Positions 1 to 7,820 of a stretch of DNA of 32,000 nucleotides are shown piece after piece (position 1 is the stretch's first letter; each line of letters opens with the position of its first letter). Source of the stretch: Gemmata obscuriglobus (lineage in GTDB: Bacteria > Planctomycetota > Planctomycetia > Gemmatales > Gemmataceae); contig NZ_CP042911.1 of assembly GCF_008065095.1 (NCBI RefSeq), positions 1,410,001 to 1,442,000 of the forward strand, given 5' to 3'. The notes beneath the pieces were generated by a model, which saw only the letters and a program-made list of their open reading frames with translations, ran no database searches and was not told where the DNA came from. Position numbers and translations under genes: made by a program.

Positions 1-28
1 CCCGGACCGCGGGCTGAACCCCAGCCAG

Positions 29-1732
29 TTGCGGTGCCACCTGGAGTTCGGCGGGGACTTCGCCCGGCTGGCCGAGCGGCTCCGCACCGAAGGGTACGCC
101 CCGCGCCGCCCGGCCGCGCCGGCCACCGCGGGAAGCGACGGGACCGCCGCACCGCCCCCGCCACCGCCACCCGCGCCGAGCGGGGCAGGGGAGGGGGCGA
201 ACGATCCGGAGCCGGTCCACGAGGACTTTCTGGACCCGCACCGGCTCGGGCGGCTGCTGGTGCCGCGGGCGGGCGAGCTGCCCACGGTGATCTACCACCG
301 GGCGGAGTGGTGGGAGTGGCGCGACGGGCGGTACGTGTCGGTGCCCGACGACGACTTCGAGAAGCGGGCGTGGGTGGTGCTGCGGGGCGAGTGCGAGGCG
401 GCGCACCGGGTGGCGGTGGCGGCTTGGGGGCACGGCGGGCGGCAGGGGCCGCGGCCCAAGGTGGTGAAGCTGGACACGCGGAAGGTGGGCAACGCCGTGA
501 CGGCCGCGGCCTCCATGTGCCACCTGGACGGGGCGGTCGCGTGGCCGGTGCTGCTGGCCGCCGACCCGGCCGACGCGGACCACATCCCCCGGCTGCGCCC
601 GGCCCCGGAGCCGCGCGAGTTCGTGGCGTGCGCCAACGGGCTGATCGACGTGGCCGAACTGTTCGCGACCGGCCGCGCGACGCTGCACCCGGCCACGCCG
701 CTGTACTTCACCCCGGCCGCGATCCCGGTCGCGTTCGACCCGGCCGCAGAGTGCCCGACCTTCCTCCGGTTCCTCGACCGGGTGACCGAGGGGGACGCGG
801 AGCGGCAGTCGCTCCTCCAGGAGATCGCCGGGTACTTGCTCCGGTTCGACACCCGCTTTCAGCAGTTTTTCCTACTAACGGGCGACGGCGCGAACGGGAA
901 GAGTACGTTCCTGGCGGCGCTGCGCGCGCTGATCGGCGACCACAACTACGCGTCGGTGCCGCTGGAGGAGTTCGGCGAGCGGTTCACGCTGGGGGCGACG
1001 CTGGGGAAGCTGGTGAACGCGGTGGCCGAGGTGGGGGAGCTGGACAAGGTGGCGGAGGCCAAGCTGAAGAGCTTCGTGGGCGGCGATCTGATGACGTTCG
1101 ACCGGAAGAACAAGGCCCCGGTCTCGGCCCGGCCCACGGCCCGGCTGCTGCTCTCCACCAACACCCCGCCGCGGTTCGCGGACCGCACGGAGGGGGTGTG
1201 GCGGCGGTACCAGTTGGTGCCGTTCACGGCGGTGATCTCGGCGGAGGAGCGGGTGCGGGGGATGAGCGAGCCGGAGTGGTGGGTATCGTCCGGGGAATTG
1301 CCGGGCGTGCTGAACTGGGCGCTGGCGGGGCTGCTGCGGCTGCACCGGGCGAACGGGTTCACGTCCAGCGCGGCGTGCGAGGCGGCGAAGGCCGAGCACC
1401 GGGAGTTGTGCAACCCGCACCGGCTGTTCCTGGGTGAGCACGTGCGGGCGCAGGAGGGCGCGGCGCTGCGGTGCGTGGAGCTGTTCGCGGCGTACGTGGA
1501 GTGGTGCCGGCAGCGGCGGTACTTGCCGCTGGCGGACGGGAACTTCGGGGCGGAGGTGCGGAAGGTGTTCCGCCGGGTGACGAAGTCCCGGCCGCGGAAC
1601 GGCCGGGAGCGGCAGAACGTGTACTCCGGGGTGACGTGGACGGAGGGACGCCCGGACGGGCTGCTGACCGAGTACGACCGCCGCCGCCGGGACGCCACCG
1701 GCTGGACCCCGGACGACGACCGCCCGGGGTGA
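29..1732 (+). CDS. Phage/plasmid primase-helicase, P4/D5 family (SF3 helicase module). The ORF is open to the window edge, so the 5' end is probably missing.
   Basis: No in-frame stop between nt 2 and 29. P4-family primase C-terminal pattern: FLRFLDRVTEGD..QSLLQEIAGYLL, Walker A LLTGDGANGKSTF, LKSFVGGDLMTFDRKNK, LLLSTNTPPRF, WRRYQLVPF. Strong G/C third-position bias. Confidence 0.85.
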   Translation: MRCHLEFGGDFARLAERLRTEGYAPRRPAAPATAGSDGTAAPPPPPPPAPSGAGEGANDPEPVHEDFLDPHRLGRLLVPRAGELPTVIYHRAEWWEWRDGRYVSVPDDDFEKRAWVVLRGECEAAHRVAVAAWGHGGRQGPRPKVVKLDTRKVGNAVTAAASMCHLDGAVAWPVLLAADPADADHIPRLRPAPEPREFVACANGLIDVAELFATGRATLHPATPLYFTPAAIPVAFDPAAECPTFLRFLDRVTEGDAERQSLLQEIAGYLLRFDTRFQQFFLLTGDGANGKSTFLAALRALIGDHNYASVPLEEFGERFTLGATLGKLVNAVAEVGELDKVAEAKLKSFVGGDLMTFDRKNKAPVSARPTARLLLSTNTPPRFADRTEGVWRRYQLVPFTAVISAEERVRGMSEPEWWVSSGELPGVLNWALAGLLRLHRANGFTSSAACEAAKAEHRELCNPHRLFLGEHVRAQEGAALRCVELFAAYVEWCRQRRYLPLADGNFGAEVRKVFRRVTKSRPRNGRERQNVYSGVTWTEGRPDGLLTEYDRRRRDATGWTPDDDRPG

Positions 1733-1734
1733 GG

Positions 1735-2168
1735 AAGACCTACCCCCCGGCCCCCTCGGCGTGCTCGCCGGCCCGGTCAGCGGAGCTTCCGTGGGCCGGC
1801 GGAAGGGAAGGGGTGGCGCCGGGAGCGTTGGTCCCGGCGCGAGAGGCGCACGCCACGCTTCGCGTTCGCCCGTGTCTTCCCCCCCTCCCTTCAGGGAGGG
1901 GGCCGGGGGGTAGGTTGCCCCGCACGCGCCCTCTCCCGCTCCGGGACCACTCGTCCCGGCGCCACCCCCTCCCTTTAGGGAGGGGGCCGGGGGGTAGGTT
2001 GCCCCGCACGCGCCCCCTCCCGCTCCGGGACCACTCGTCCCGGCGCCACCCCCTCCCTTCAGGGAGGGGGCCGGGGGGTAGGTTGTCTTCCTCCCCCTCC
2101 CTTCAGGGAGGGGGCCGGGGGGTAGGTTGTCTTCCTCCCCCTCCCTTCAGGGAGGGGGCCGGGGGGTA
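1735..2168. repeat. REP/BIME-like array A. Tandem GC-rich hairpin units (CCCCTCCCT-NNN-AGGGAGGGG then CCGGGGGGTAGGTTG), separated either by a short TCTTCCT spacer or by a ~48-nt second hairpin (..CCGGGACCACTCGTCCCGG..).
   Basis: At least five full units are readable between 1876 and 2168, with a partial reverse-oriented unit at 1737-1760. The same unit recurs in arrays at 3435, 20527, 24975 and 30461. Confidence 0.85.
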
Positions 2169-2484
2169 GGTGGTCACCCCCGGTCACCCTCTGGTCACCC
2201 CCGGGTGACCGCCGTAAGTCGTTGCGGCGCAAGGCTTGGTCACCCGCGGTCACCCCGGTCACACCCTCCCTACCCCCCGTAACACTCCGCCGCCCCCCCT
2301 GGCGCGTGTGTAACGAGCGCCGGACCACGTTACACCGGCGACACGTTACACCGGCGAGACGGTGTGCGATGGACAAAAACAGGAAACAGGGTGACCAGGG
2401 TGACCAGGGGTGACCACTCCTTGCGCCGCAAGGAGTTACGGCGGTCACACCCCCCTGCCAACCGGGTGACCGGGGGTGACCACC
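2169..2484. promoter_or_regulatory. Iteron-rich imperfect inverted repeat (arms ~2169-2264 and ~2389-2484) around a ~124-bp core. Putative replication origin or regulatory region.
   Basis: The reverse complement of 2389-2484 matches 2169-2264 along its length (GGTGGTCACCCCCGGTCACCC ... GTGACCGCCGTAA..TTGCGGCGCAAGG..TGGTCACCC..GGTCACCC). There are 11 perfect GGT(C/G)ACC heptamers (2172, 2182, 2194, 2204, 2238, 2248, 2390, 2399, 2409, 2465, 2475) plus 2 near copies. The core holds TGTAAC (2309) and two GTTACACCGGCGA direct repeats (2329, 2345). The region lies between the primase-helicase and the ParB-like gene. Confidence 0.5.
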
Positions 2485-2571
2485 GGAGCGCGGATACGGG
2501 GCGCGGCCCCGGTGCCATTGGCCGATGAGCGGCGCGTGTTGCGCGCGCCGCACCGGCGGAGGAGCAGTTGT

Positions 2572-3417
2572 ATGACGGAACCGATCCCGGCGCTGCGGTT
2601 CGGGAACGTGACGTACCACTTCCCGTTCGCGCGGCTGATCCGCTCGCACACCGCGCAGGAGCGGGACGAGCTGGCGGCCAGCATCCGCGCGCACAAGCGG
2701 GTGCTGGTGCGGGTGGTGACCTACGACAGCCCTGCGTGGGGCGAGCGGTGCGTGATCGACGGCGCCGCCCGGCTGGAACTGGCCGCCGAGCTGGGAATCG
2801 ACGTGCCGGTGCAGCACCGCGGGCCGCTGGGCGACGAGGCGGCGCGGGCCGAGTGCCTGGCGCTGAACGTGGACCGGCGGCACCTGACGCCCGAGGAGCG
2901 GCAGGCGGTGCGGGCCTCGCGGGTCGAGCGGGTCCGCGCCGCCCGGGACGACGGCCGCTCGCTGCGCGAAATCGCCCGGGCCGAGGGCGTCAGCCCGACC
3001 CAGGTCGCCCGCGACCTCGCCGACGCCGCGCACGCGGGTGTAACCCCCGTTACACCGGAGTCGCGTGTCGCGGGTGTAACGGGGGTTACACCGGAGTCGG
3101 GCGGCGCGGGTGTAACGGGGGTTACACCGGAGTCGCGTGTCGCGGGTGTAACGGGGGTTACACCCGCGCCGGGCGGGGCCGGCGACGACCGGTCGCTGAA
3201 GGCGCTGGAGCGGGGGCTGCGCGCCCTCGTGCGGGCGGACCGCGGGCGGGTGGCCGGGGCGCTGCCGGACCTGCTGCGCGGCCCGCACCGGGAGCGGCTG
3301 GAGCGGATCGCCGCCCGGCACGGGGTGCCGCTGAGCGGGGACCGCTGGCCGCTGATGGACGCGCTGCTGGCGGTGGCGTCGGACCTGCTGGCCGAGATGG
3401 AAGTAAGGCAAAAGTGA
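2572..3417 (+). CDS. ParB/Srx-fold N-terminal domain protein with an HTH segment (ParB-like partition or nuclease-type protein)
   Basis: ATG at 2572 is preceded by GGAGGAG (2557-2563), in frame with track ORF 2476..3417. ParB-like motifs: VIDGAARLELAAELG, ALNVDRRHLTPEERQA, then an HTH-like GRSLREIARAEGVSPTQVARDL. A repetitive GVTGVTPES segment is encoded by the 36-bp palindrome repeats. Confidence 0.7.
   Translation: MTEPIPALRFGNVTYHFPFARLIRSHTAQERDELAASIRAHKRVLVRVVTYDSPAWGERCVIDGAARLELAAELGIDVPVQHRGPLGDEAARAECLALNVDRRHLTPEERQAVRASRVERVRAARDDGRSLREIARAEGVSPTQVARDLADAAHAGVTPVTPESRVAGVTGVTPESGGAGVTGVTPESRVAGVTGVTPAPGGAGDDRSLKALERGLRALVRADRGRVAGALPDLLRGPHRERLERIAARHGVPLSGDRWPLMDALLAVASDLLAEMEVRQK
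3037..3164. repeat. Four tandem 36-bp units, each carrying the palindrome GGTGTAAC-(C/G)4-GTTACACC. Putative protein-binding (parS-like or pac-like) sites inside the ParB-like CDS.
   Basis: Palindromes lie at 3037-3056, 3073-3092, 3109-3128 and 3145-3164, an exact 36-nt (12-codon) period. The arms TGTAAC/GTTACA are perfect in all four. Confidence 0.9.
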
Positions 3418-3434
3418 AAAGGCAAAAGGCACTC

Positions 3435-4012
3435 GCCCTCCCTGAAGGGAGGGGGAGCAAAGGCAACCCACCCCGGCCCCTCCCTGAAGGGAGGGGGTGG
3501 CGCCGGGACGAGTGGTCCCGGAGCGGGAGGGGGCGCGTGCGGGGCAACCTACCCCCCGGCCCCCTCCCTAAAGGGAGGGGGTGGCGCCGAGAGGAGTGGT
3601 CCCGACGCGACACGCGCGCCGAGCGTAGACCAACCCCCGGCCCCTCCCTGCAGGGAGGGGAGCAAAGGCGCCCGGGCACCCGAGGCGGAATCGGTGCGCC
3701 CGTGCCTTCCTCCCCTCCCTGCAGGGAGGGGTTGGGGGTGGGTCGCCCCCGCGTGTTCCTTTCGCACCGGGACCAAGGCGGTCTTCCTCCCCTTCCCTTT
3801 AGGGAGGGGGCCGGGGGGTAGGTTGCCCCGCGCGCGCCTCTCGCACCGGGACCAGCGTTCCCGGCGCCACCCCTTCCCTTTAGGGAGGGGGCCGGGGGGT
3901 AGGTTGCCCCGCGCGCGCCTCTCGCACGGGGACCACTCCTCCCGGCGCCACCCCCTCCCTTCAGGGAGGGGGCCGGGGGGTAGGTTGTCTTTGGGGCCGG
4001 GGGGTAGGTTGC
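3435..4012. repeat. REP/BIME-like array B. Units are in reverse orientation from 3435 to ~3690 and in forward orientation from ~3700 to 4012, so the array is itself a large imperfect palindrome.
   Basis: Repeated CCCTCCCT(G/T)(A/C)AGGGAGGG hairpins with CAACC(C/T)ACCCC / GGGG(T)AGGTTG flanks. Segment 3488-3545 is the reverse complement of the array A spacer (GGTGGCGCCGGGACGAGTGGTCCCGGAGCGGGAGGG). Confidence 0.85.
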
Positions 4013-4042
4013 CTTTGCTCCCGTCATTCTTTCGGTGCGCGC

Positions 4043-4798
4043 ATGAAACTCACTCCCCGGCAGCAGCGGTTCGTGCAGGAGTACCTCGTGGACCGGAGCC
4101 CGTCGGGGGCGGCGGTGCGGGCCGGGTACAGCACGCACTCGGCGCGGAAGATCGGCGAGCAGAACCTGAAGAAGCCGCCGATCGCCGCGGCCATCGCGGC
4201 GGCCACCGGGTGCGCCAAGCCGCCCGAGCGGCCCGCCCTCACCCCGGACGCCGTGCTCCAGCGGCTGTGGCTCATCGCCACCGCCGACCCGAACGAGATC
4301 ATCGAGCACCGCCGCACCTGCTGCCGGTACTGCCACGGGGACGGGCACCGCTACCACTGGACCCAGAGCGAGCTGGACGCCGCCCGCGCCGCCCACGCCG
4401 AAGGCAAGAAGGCCGACGAGCCGTTCGACCCGCTGGGCGGCCCCGGGTACGACCCGCGCCGCCCCCCGGCCCCCAAGTGCCCCGAGTGCTTCGGGGACGG
4501 GGTGGGGGCGGTGTACGTGAAGGACACGCGGCGACTGTCCCCGGGCGCCCGCGCGCTGTGGGCCGGGGTGAAGCAGACCAAGGACGGGGTGGAAGCCCGG
4601 CTCAACGACCAGCAGGCCGCCCTGGTCACCGTGGCCCGGCACCTGGGTATGTTCACGGACGCCGGCGCGGCCAAAGACACGGACCTGCCCGACCTGTCGG
4701 GGATCACCGCCGATGAACTCGACCGACTGCTCGCTGCCCTGCGGCCCCTCTTCGCTCCGCCGCCTGTGGGGGGCGGCGGAACGGGCGGGCGCCCGTGA
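4043..4798 (+). CDS. terS: Terminase small subunit (Terminase_2/P27-like)
   Basis: The N-terminus MKLTPRQQRFVQEYLVDRSPSGAAVRAGYSTHSARKIGEQNLKKPPIAAAI is the canonical small-terminase HTH signature. The gene sits directly upstream of, and overlaps, the large subunit. Confidence 0.85.
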   Translation: MKLTPRQQRFVQEYLVDRSPSGAAVRAGYSTHSARKIGEQNLKKPPIAAAIAAATGCAKPPERPALTPDAVLQRLWLIATADPNEIIEHRRTCCRYCHGDGHRYHWTQSELDAARAAHAEGKKADEPFDPLGGPGYDPRRPPAPKCPECFGDGVGAVYVKDTRRLSPGARALWAGVKQTKDGVEARLNDQQAALVTVARHLGMFTDAGAAKDTDLPDLSGITADELDRLLAALRPLFAPPPVGGGGTGGRP

Positions 4799-6248
4799 CC
4801 TCACCCCGGGCGCGTGGAACGCCCGGTTCCTGCCGCACTACTTCGGCCGGTTCCCGCCCGCGGACTTCCACGCCCTGTTCGACCGCGAGCTGCACAACCT
4901 GCACCTCACCCGCGGGGTGAAGCGGTCCGACATCGCCCCCCGGGGCGGGGCCAAAAGTACGTGGAAGACCCTGGCGTACCCGCTCCGGTGCGCCGCCGAG
5001 GGGTGGGAGCCGTACACCCTGATCCTGTCCGACTCCAGCGACCAGGCCGACCTGCACCTGCGCCACATCCGCAAGGAGCTGGAAGAGAACGAGGTGCTGG
5101 CCGCGGCGTACCCGGAGGCGACCGGGCCGGGGCCGGAGTGGAAGCAGTCGCGCATCCGGCTGCGGAACGGGTCGCTGGTGGAAGCTCTGGGGAGCGGCAA
5201 AAAGGTGCGCGGCCGGCGGAACCGGAGTGAGCGCCCGAGTTTGATCATTTTCGACGACATTCAGAGCAACGAGGACGTGACCAGTCCGGTCATGCGCCGC
5301 CGCGCGTGGGAGTGGGCGACGCGCGAGGTGATCCCGGCGGGGAACGAGCGAACCAACTTCCTGGCGGTGGGCAGCGCGCTGCACCGGGAAGCGGTGGCGG
5401 TGCGGCTGGGGCAGCTCCCGGGGTGGTCCGGGCGGGTCCACCGGGCGGTGCATGCGTGGCCGGAACGGGCCGATTTGTGGGCGGATTTCGAGCGGATCGC
5501 CTCGAACATGGCGGACGACGGGCGGGAGGCGACGGCGCGGGCGTTCTACGCCGAGCACCGCGCGGAGATGGACCGGGGCGGGGTGGTGTACTGGCCGGAC
5601 CGCTTCCCACTCGTTGACCTGATGCTGGTACGCGCGGCGGTGGGCGGCAGCGCCTTCGAGAGCGAGTACCAGGGCGTACCGGGCACGCTGGAGGGGGCCG
5701 AGTGGCCGCCCGAGTGCTTCGACCGGCCGGACCTGTGGTTCACGGACTGGCCGTCGGATTTGGTGGTGCGGCTGCAAAGCCTGGACCCGTCGAAGGGTGT
5801 GAGCGACAAGGCGGACTACCAGGCGCACGTGAAGCTGGGGCTGTCGCGGTTCGGGCTGCTGTACGTGGACGCGGAGCTGCGTCGGGAGCCGGGCTGGGTG
5901 GAGCGGGCGATCGACATCGCGGCGGAGTGGCGGCCGGTGGAACTGGTGGCGGAGGCGAACAACACGATGGGGCTGCTGCGGCCGGCGGCGGAGCGGGTGC
6001 TGCGGGAGCGGCGGGAGCAGGGGCGGGTGCTGTCGTTCGTGTACACGGAGAAGATCAACAGCGCGCCGAAGGCGATCCGCATCCGGGCGCTGAACGACTA
6101 CCTGCGCCGCGGTCAGATCCGGGTGCGCGGCACCCCGGGCGGTCGGGTGCTGGTGGAGCAGCTCCGGGACTGGCCCAACGGCGACCACGACGACGGCCCG
6201 GACGCGCTGGCCACCGCCGTGATCCGCTTGCAGGAACTGGTGGCGTAA
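4713..6248 (+). CDS. terL: Terminase large subunit (ATPase plus RNaseH-like nuclease)
   Basis: Walker A-like PRGGAKSTW and Walker B LIIFDDIQ. C-terminal nuclease pattern LQSLDPSKG..DKADYQA, ELVAEANN, KAIRIRAL, WPNGDHDDGPDALATAV. The start is taken as ATG 4713 (86-nt overlap with terS). No better in-frame ATG/GTG lies before the conserved FHALFDREL, so the start is uncertain. Confidence 0.85.
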   Translation: MNSTDCSLPCGPSSLRRLWGAAERAGARDLTPGAWNARFLPHYFGRFPPADFHALFDRELHNLHLTRGVKRSDIAPRGGAKSTWKTLAYPLRCAAEGWEPYTLILSDSSDQADLHLRHIRKELEENEVLAAAYPEATGPGPEWKQSRIRLRNGSLVEALGSGKKVRGRRNRSERPSLIIFDDIQSNEDVTSPVMRRRAWEWATREVIPAGNERTNFLAVGSALHREAVAVRLGQLPGWSGRVHRAVHAWPERADLWADFERIASNMADDGREATARAFYAEHRAEMDRGGVVYWPDRFPLVDLMLVRAAVGGSAFESEYQGVPGTLEGAEWPPECFDRPDLWFTDWPSDLVVRLQSLDPSKGVSDKADYQAHVKLGLSRFGLLYVDAELRREPGWVERAIDIAAEWRPVELVAEANNTMGLLRPAAERVLRERREQGRVLSFVYTEKINSAPKAIRIRALNDYLRRGQIRVRGTPGGRVLVEQLRDWPNGDHDDGPDALATAVIRLQELVA

Positions 6249-6377
6249 GTGGGGGCGCATCACCTCGGGAACGAACGCGCCCGCCCTGGAACCGCGCACA
6301 CGCGCCGTGTACGTTTGCAGGAACACTTGAAGACGCGAGCCGCCGGACCGACCCGGAACGACTGGAGCGGAACTGCC

Positions 6378-7100
6378 GTGACCGTGGAAGAAGCCGCCCT
6401 CCTTCGCGCCATCGCCGCCGCGCCCGGCGACGTCACGGCCCGGCTCGCGTATGCGGACTGGCTCGACGAGCACGGCCGCGGCATCGAAGCCGCCTGGGTG
6501 CGCGACGAGGGCACGGCCCCGCCGTGGGTGACCGACCTTGCTGGCGAGGGTGACGGTCCTGGCCACAACGCCGGCAACGGTGGGGGCGGCGGCTACGGTG
6601 CCGGCGAGGGCGGTGGCCACGGCGGTGGCGACGGCCGCGGTGAGGGCGACGGCCGCGGTGAGGGCGATGGCGAGGGCGAAGGCGAGGGACACGGCTGCGG
6701 CCTCGGCCCCTACGGTGGGGGGGGCGGCAACGGTGCTGGCTACGGCAACGGCCGCGACTACGGCAACGGCGGCTACGGAACCCCAGACAAGCCCCACATT
6801 ACACACGAGGAAGTTTCCATGCCTTCACCCGGTGCGTATGTGATCGTGCGTTCGCGGGATCAGGGTTGCGTGTGCGGTGAGTACCGGGGTCACCACGGTC
6901 GGGAGGTGGTGCTGGGGAAGGCGCGTCAGATCTATTCGTGGGAGGGCGGTCGTCTGACGCTGTTCGACTTCGCGGTGGTGCCGGGGCCGTGCCGGCTGTC
7001 GCGCGAGGCGCCGGGCGAGGTGGTGATGCTGGAGGCGTGCGGCATCATCCCGACGACGCCCGAGGTCGAGGCGTTCCTGCGCGCGCACCCGGGCGAGTGA
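6378..7100 (+). CDS. TIGR02996-type N-domain / Gly-Asp-rich variable core / conserved C-domain protein (paralog P1)
   Basis: GTG 6378 gives VTVEEAALLRAIAAAPGDVTARLAYADWLDEHGRGIEAAWVRDEG, aligned with the MTDPDEAALLRAI starts of the paralogs. The C-terminal 93 aa (MPSPGAYVIVRSRDQGCVCGEYRGHHGREVVLGKARQIYSWEGGRLTLFDFAVVPG..EACGIIPTTPEVEAFLRAHPGE) are almost identical in P1-P5. Confidence 0.8.
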   Translation: MTVEEAALLRAIAAAPGDVTARLAYADWLDEHGRGIEAAWVRDEGTAPPWVTDLAGEGDGPGHNAGNGGGGGYGAGEGGGHGGGDGRGEGDGRGEGDGEGEGEGHGCGLGPYGGGGGNGAGYGNGRDYGNGGYGTPDKPHITHEEVSMPSPGAYVIVRSRDQGCVCGEYRGHHGREVVLGKARQIYSWEGGRLTLFDFAVVPGPCRLSREAPGEVVMLEACGIIPTTPEVEAFLRAHPGE

Positions 7101-7105
7101 CACCC

Positions 7106-7816
7106 ATGACCGACCCCGACGAAGCCGCGCTGCTCCGCGCCATCGCCGCCGTGCCGGGCGATGTGACGGGGCGGCTCGCGTATGCGGACTGGCTCGACGA
7201 GCACGGGCGCGGGATCGAAGCCGCCTGGGTGCGCGACGAGGGCTTACCCCCGCCCGGCGTGACCGAACTTGCTGGCGACGGTGAAGGCGCTGGTGCGGGT
7301 GACGGCGGCGGCGATGGTGACAACGACCGGGGTCACAACGACGACCTCAACAACGGCCACGGCGATGGCACCGGCAGCGGTGAAAGCCGCGGCGGTTTCG
7401 GCTACTGCGACATCGACGGCACCGGTAGCGGCTTGGAAAGCGGTTACGCCCGCGGCTATGGGAACGGCGGTGGCTACGGCCACGGCGGCTACGGAACCCC
7501 AAACAAGCCCCACATTACACACGAGGAGGTTCCCATGCCGTTGCCGGGTGCGTATGTGATCGTGCGTTCGCGTGACCAGGGTTGCGTGTGCGGCGAGTAC
7601 CGGGGTCACCACGGGCGGGAGGTGGTGCTGGGGAAGGCGCGTCAGATTTATTCGTGGGAGGGCGGTCGGCTGACGCTGTTCGACTTCGCGGTGGTGCCGG
7701 GTGCGTGCCGGCTGTCGCGGGAGGCGCCGGGGGAGGTGGTGATGCTGGAGGCGTGCGGGATCATCCCCACCACGCCCGAGGTCGAGGCGTTCCTGCGGGC
7801 ACACCCGGGCGAGTGA
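7106..7816 (+). CDS. TIGR02996-type N-domain / variable core / conserved C-domain protein (paralog P2)
   Basis: ATG 7106 lies 5 nt after the P1 stop. Same N- and C-terminal blocks. The core (GDGEGAGAGDGGGDGDNDRGH..GFGYCDI.GTGSGLE.GYARGYGNGGGYGHGGYG) is nearly identical to P5. Confidence 0.85.
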   Translation: MTDPDEAALLRAIAAVPGDVTGRLAYADWLDEHGRGIEAAWVRDEGLPPPGVTELAGDGEGAGAGDGGGDGDNDRGHNDDLNNGHGDGTGSGESRGGFGYCDIDGTGSGLESGYARGYGNGGGYGHGGYGTPNKPHITHEEVPMPLPGAYVIVRSRDQGCVCGEYRGHHGREVVLGKARQIYSWEGGRLTLFDFAVVPGACRLSREAPGEVVMLEACGIIPTTPEVEAFLRAHPGE

Positions 7817-7820
7817 GCCC

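Noticed and set aside
34-1437. 467-aa ORF in an alternative + frame over the primase-helicase
   Set aside because: Gly/Arg/Ala-rich with no motifs. The overlapping frame at 29..1732 has the Walker A and P4-primase signature.
1735-4012. Possibility that the repeat arrays are CRISPR arrays
   Set aside because: The 'spacers' are themselves repeated (two spacer classes only). Units occur in both orientations and are strongly palindromic with G-rich tails. No cas genes are present.
2059-4804. ORFs 2059..3471 (-), 2568..3821 (+), 3158..4804 (-), 3694..4716 (+)
   Set aside because: They run through REP arrays and through the ParB-like and terS genes out of frame or antisense. Their translations are dominated by repeat-derived PLPSGRGPGGRL-type peptides.
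6249-6377. Upstream extensions of paralog ORFs in the track (6249, 6938, 13109, 13876 starts)
   Set aside because: The extensions run through the preceding gene end or intergenic DNA. All paralogs align from the MTDP(D/E)EAALL start (GTG at 6378 for P1), 4-5 nt after the previous stop.
4704-6806. 700-aa minus-strand ORF
   Set aside because: Antisense to terL and to P1. The sense frames carry clear terminase motifs, while this frame gives Arg/Pro/Ala-rich low-complexity sequence typical of high-GC antisense artefacts.
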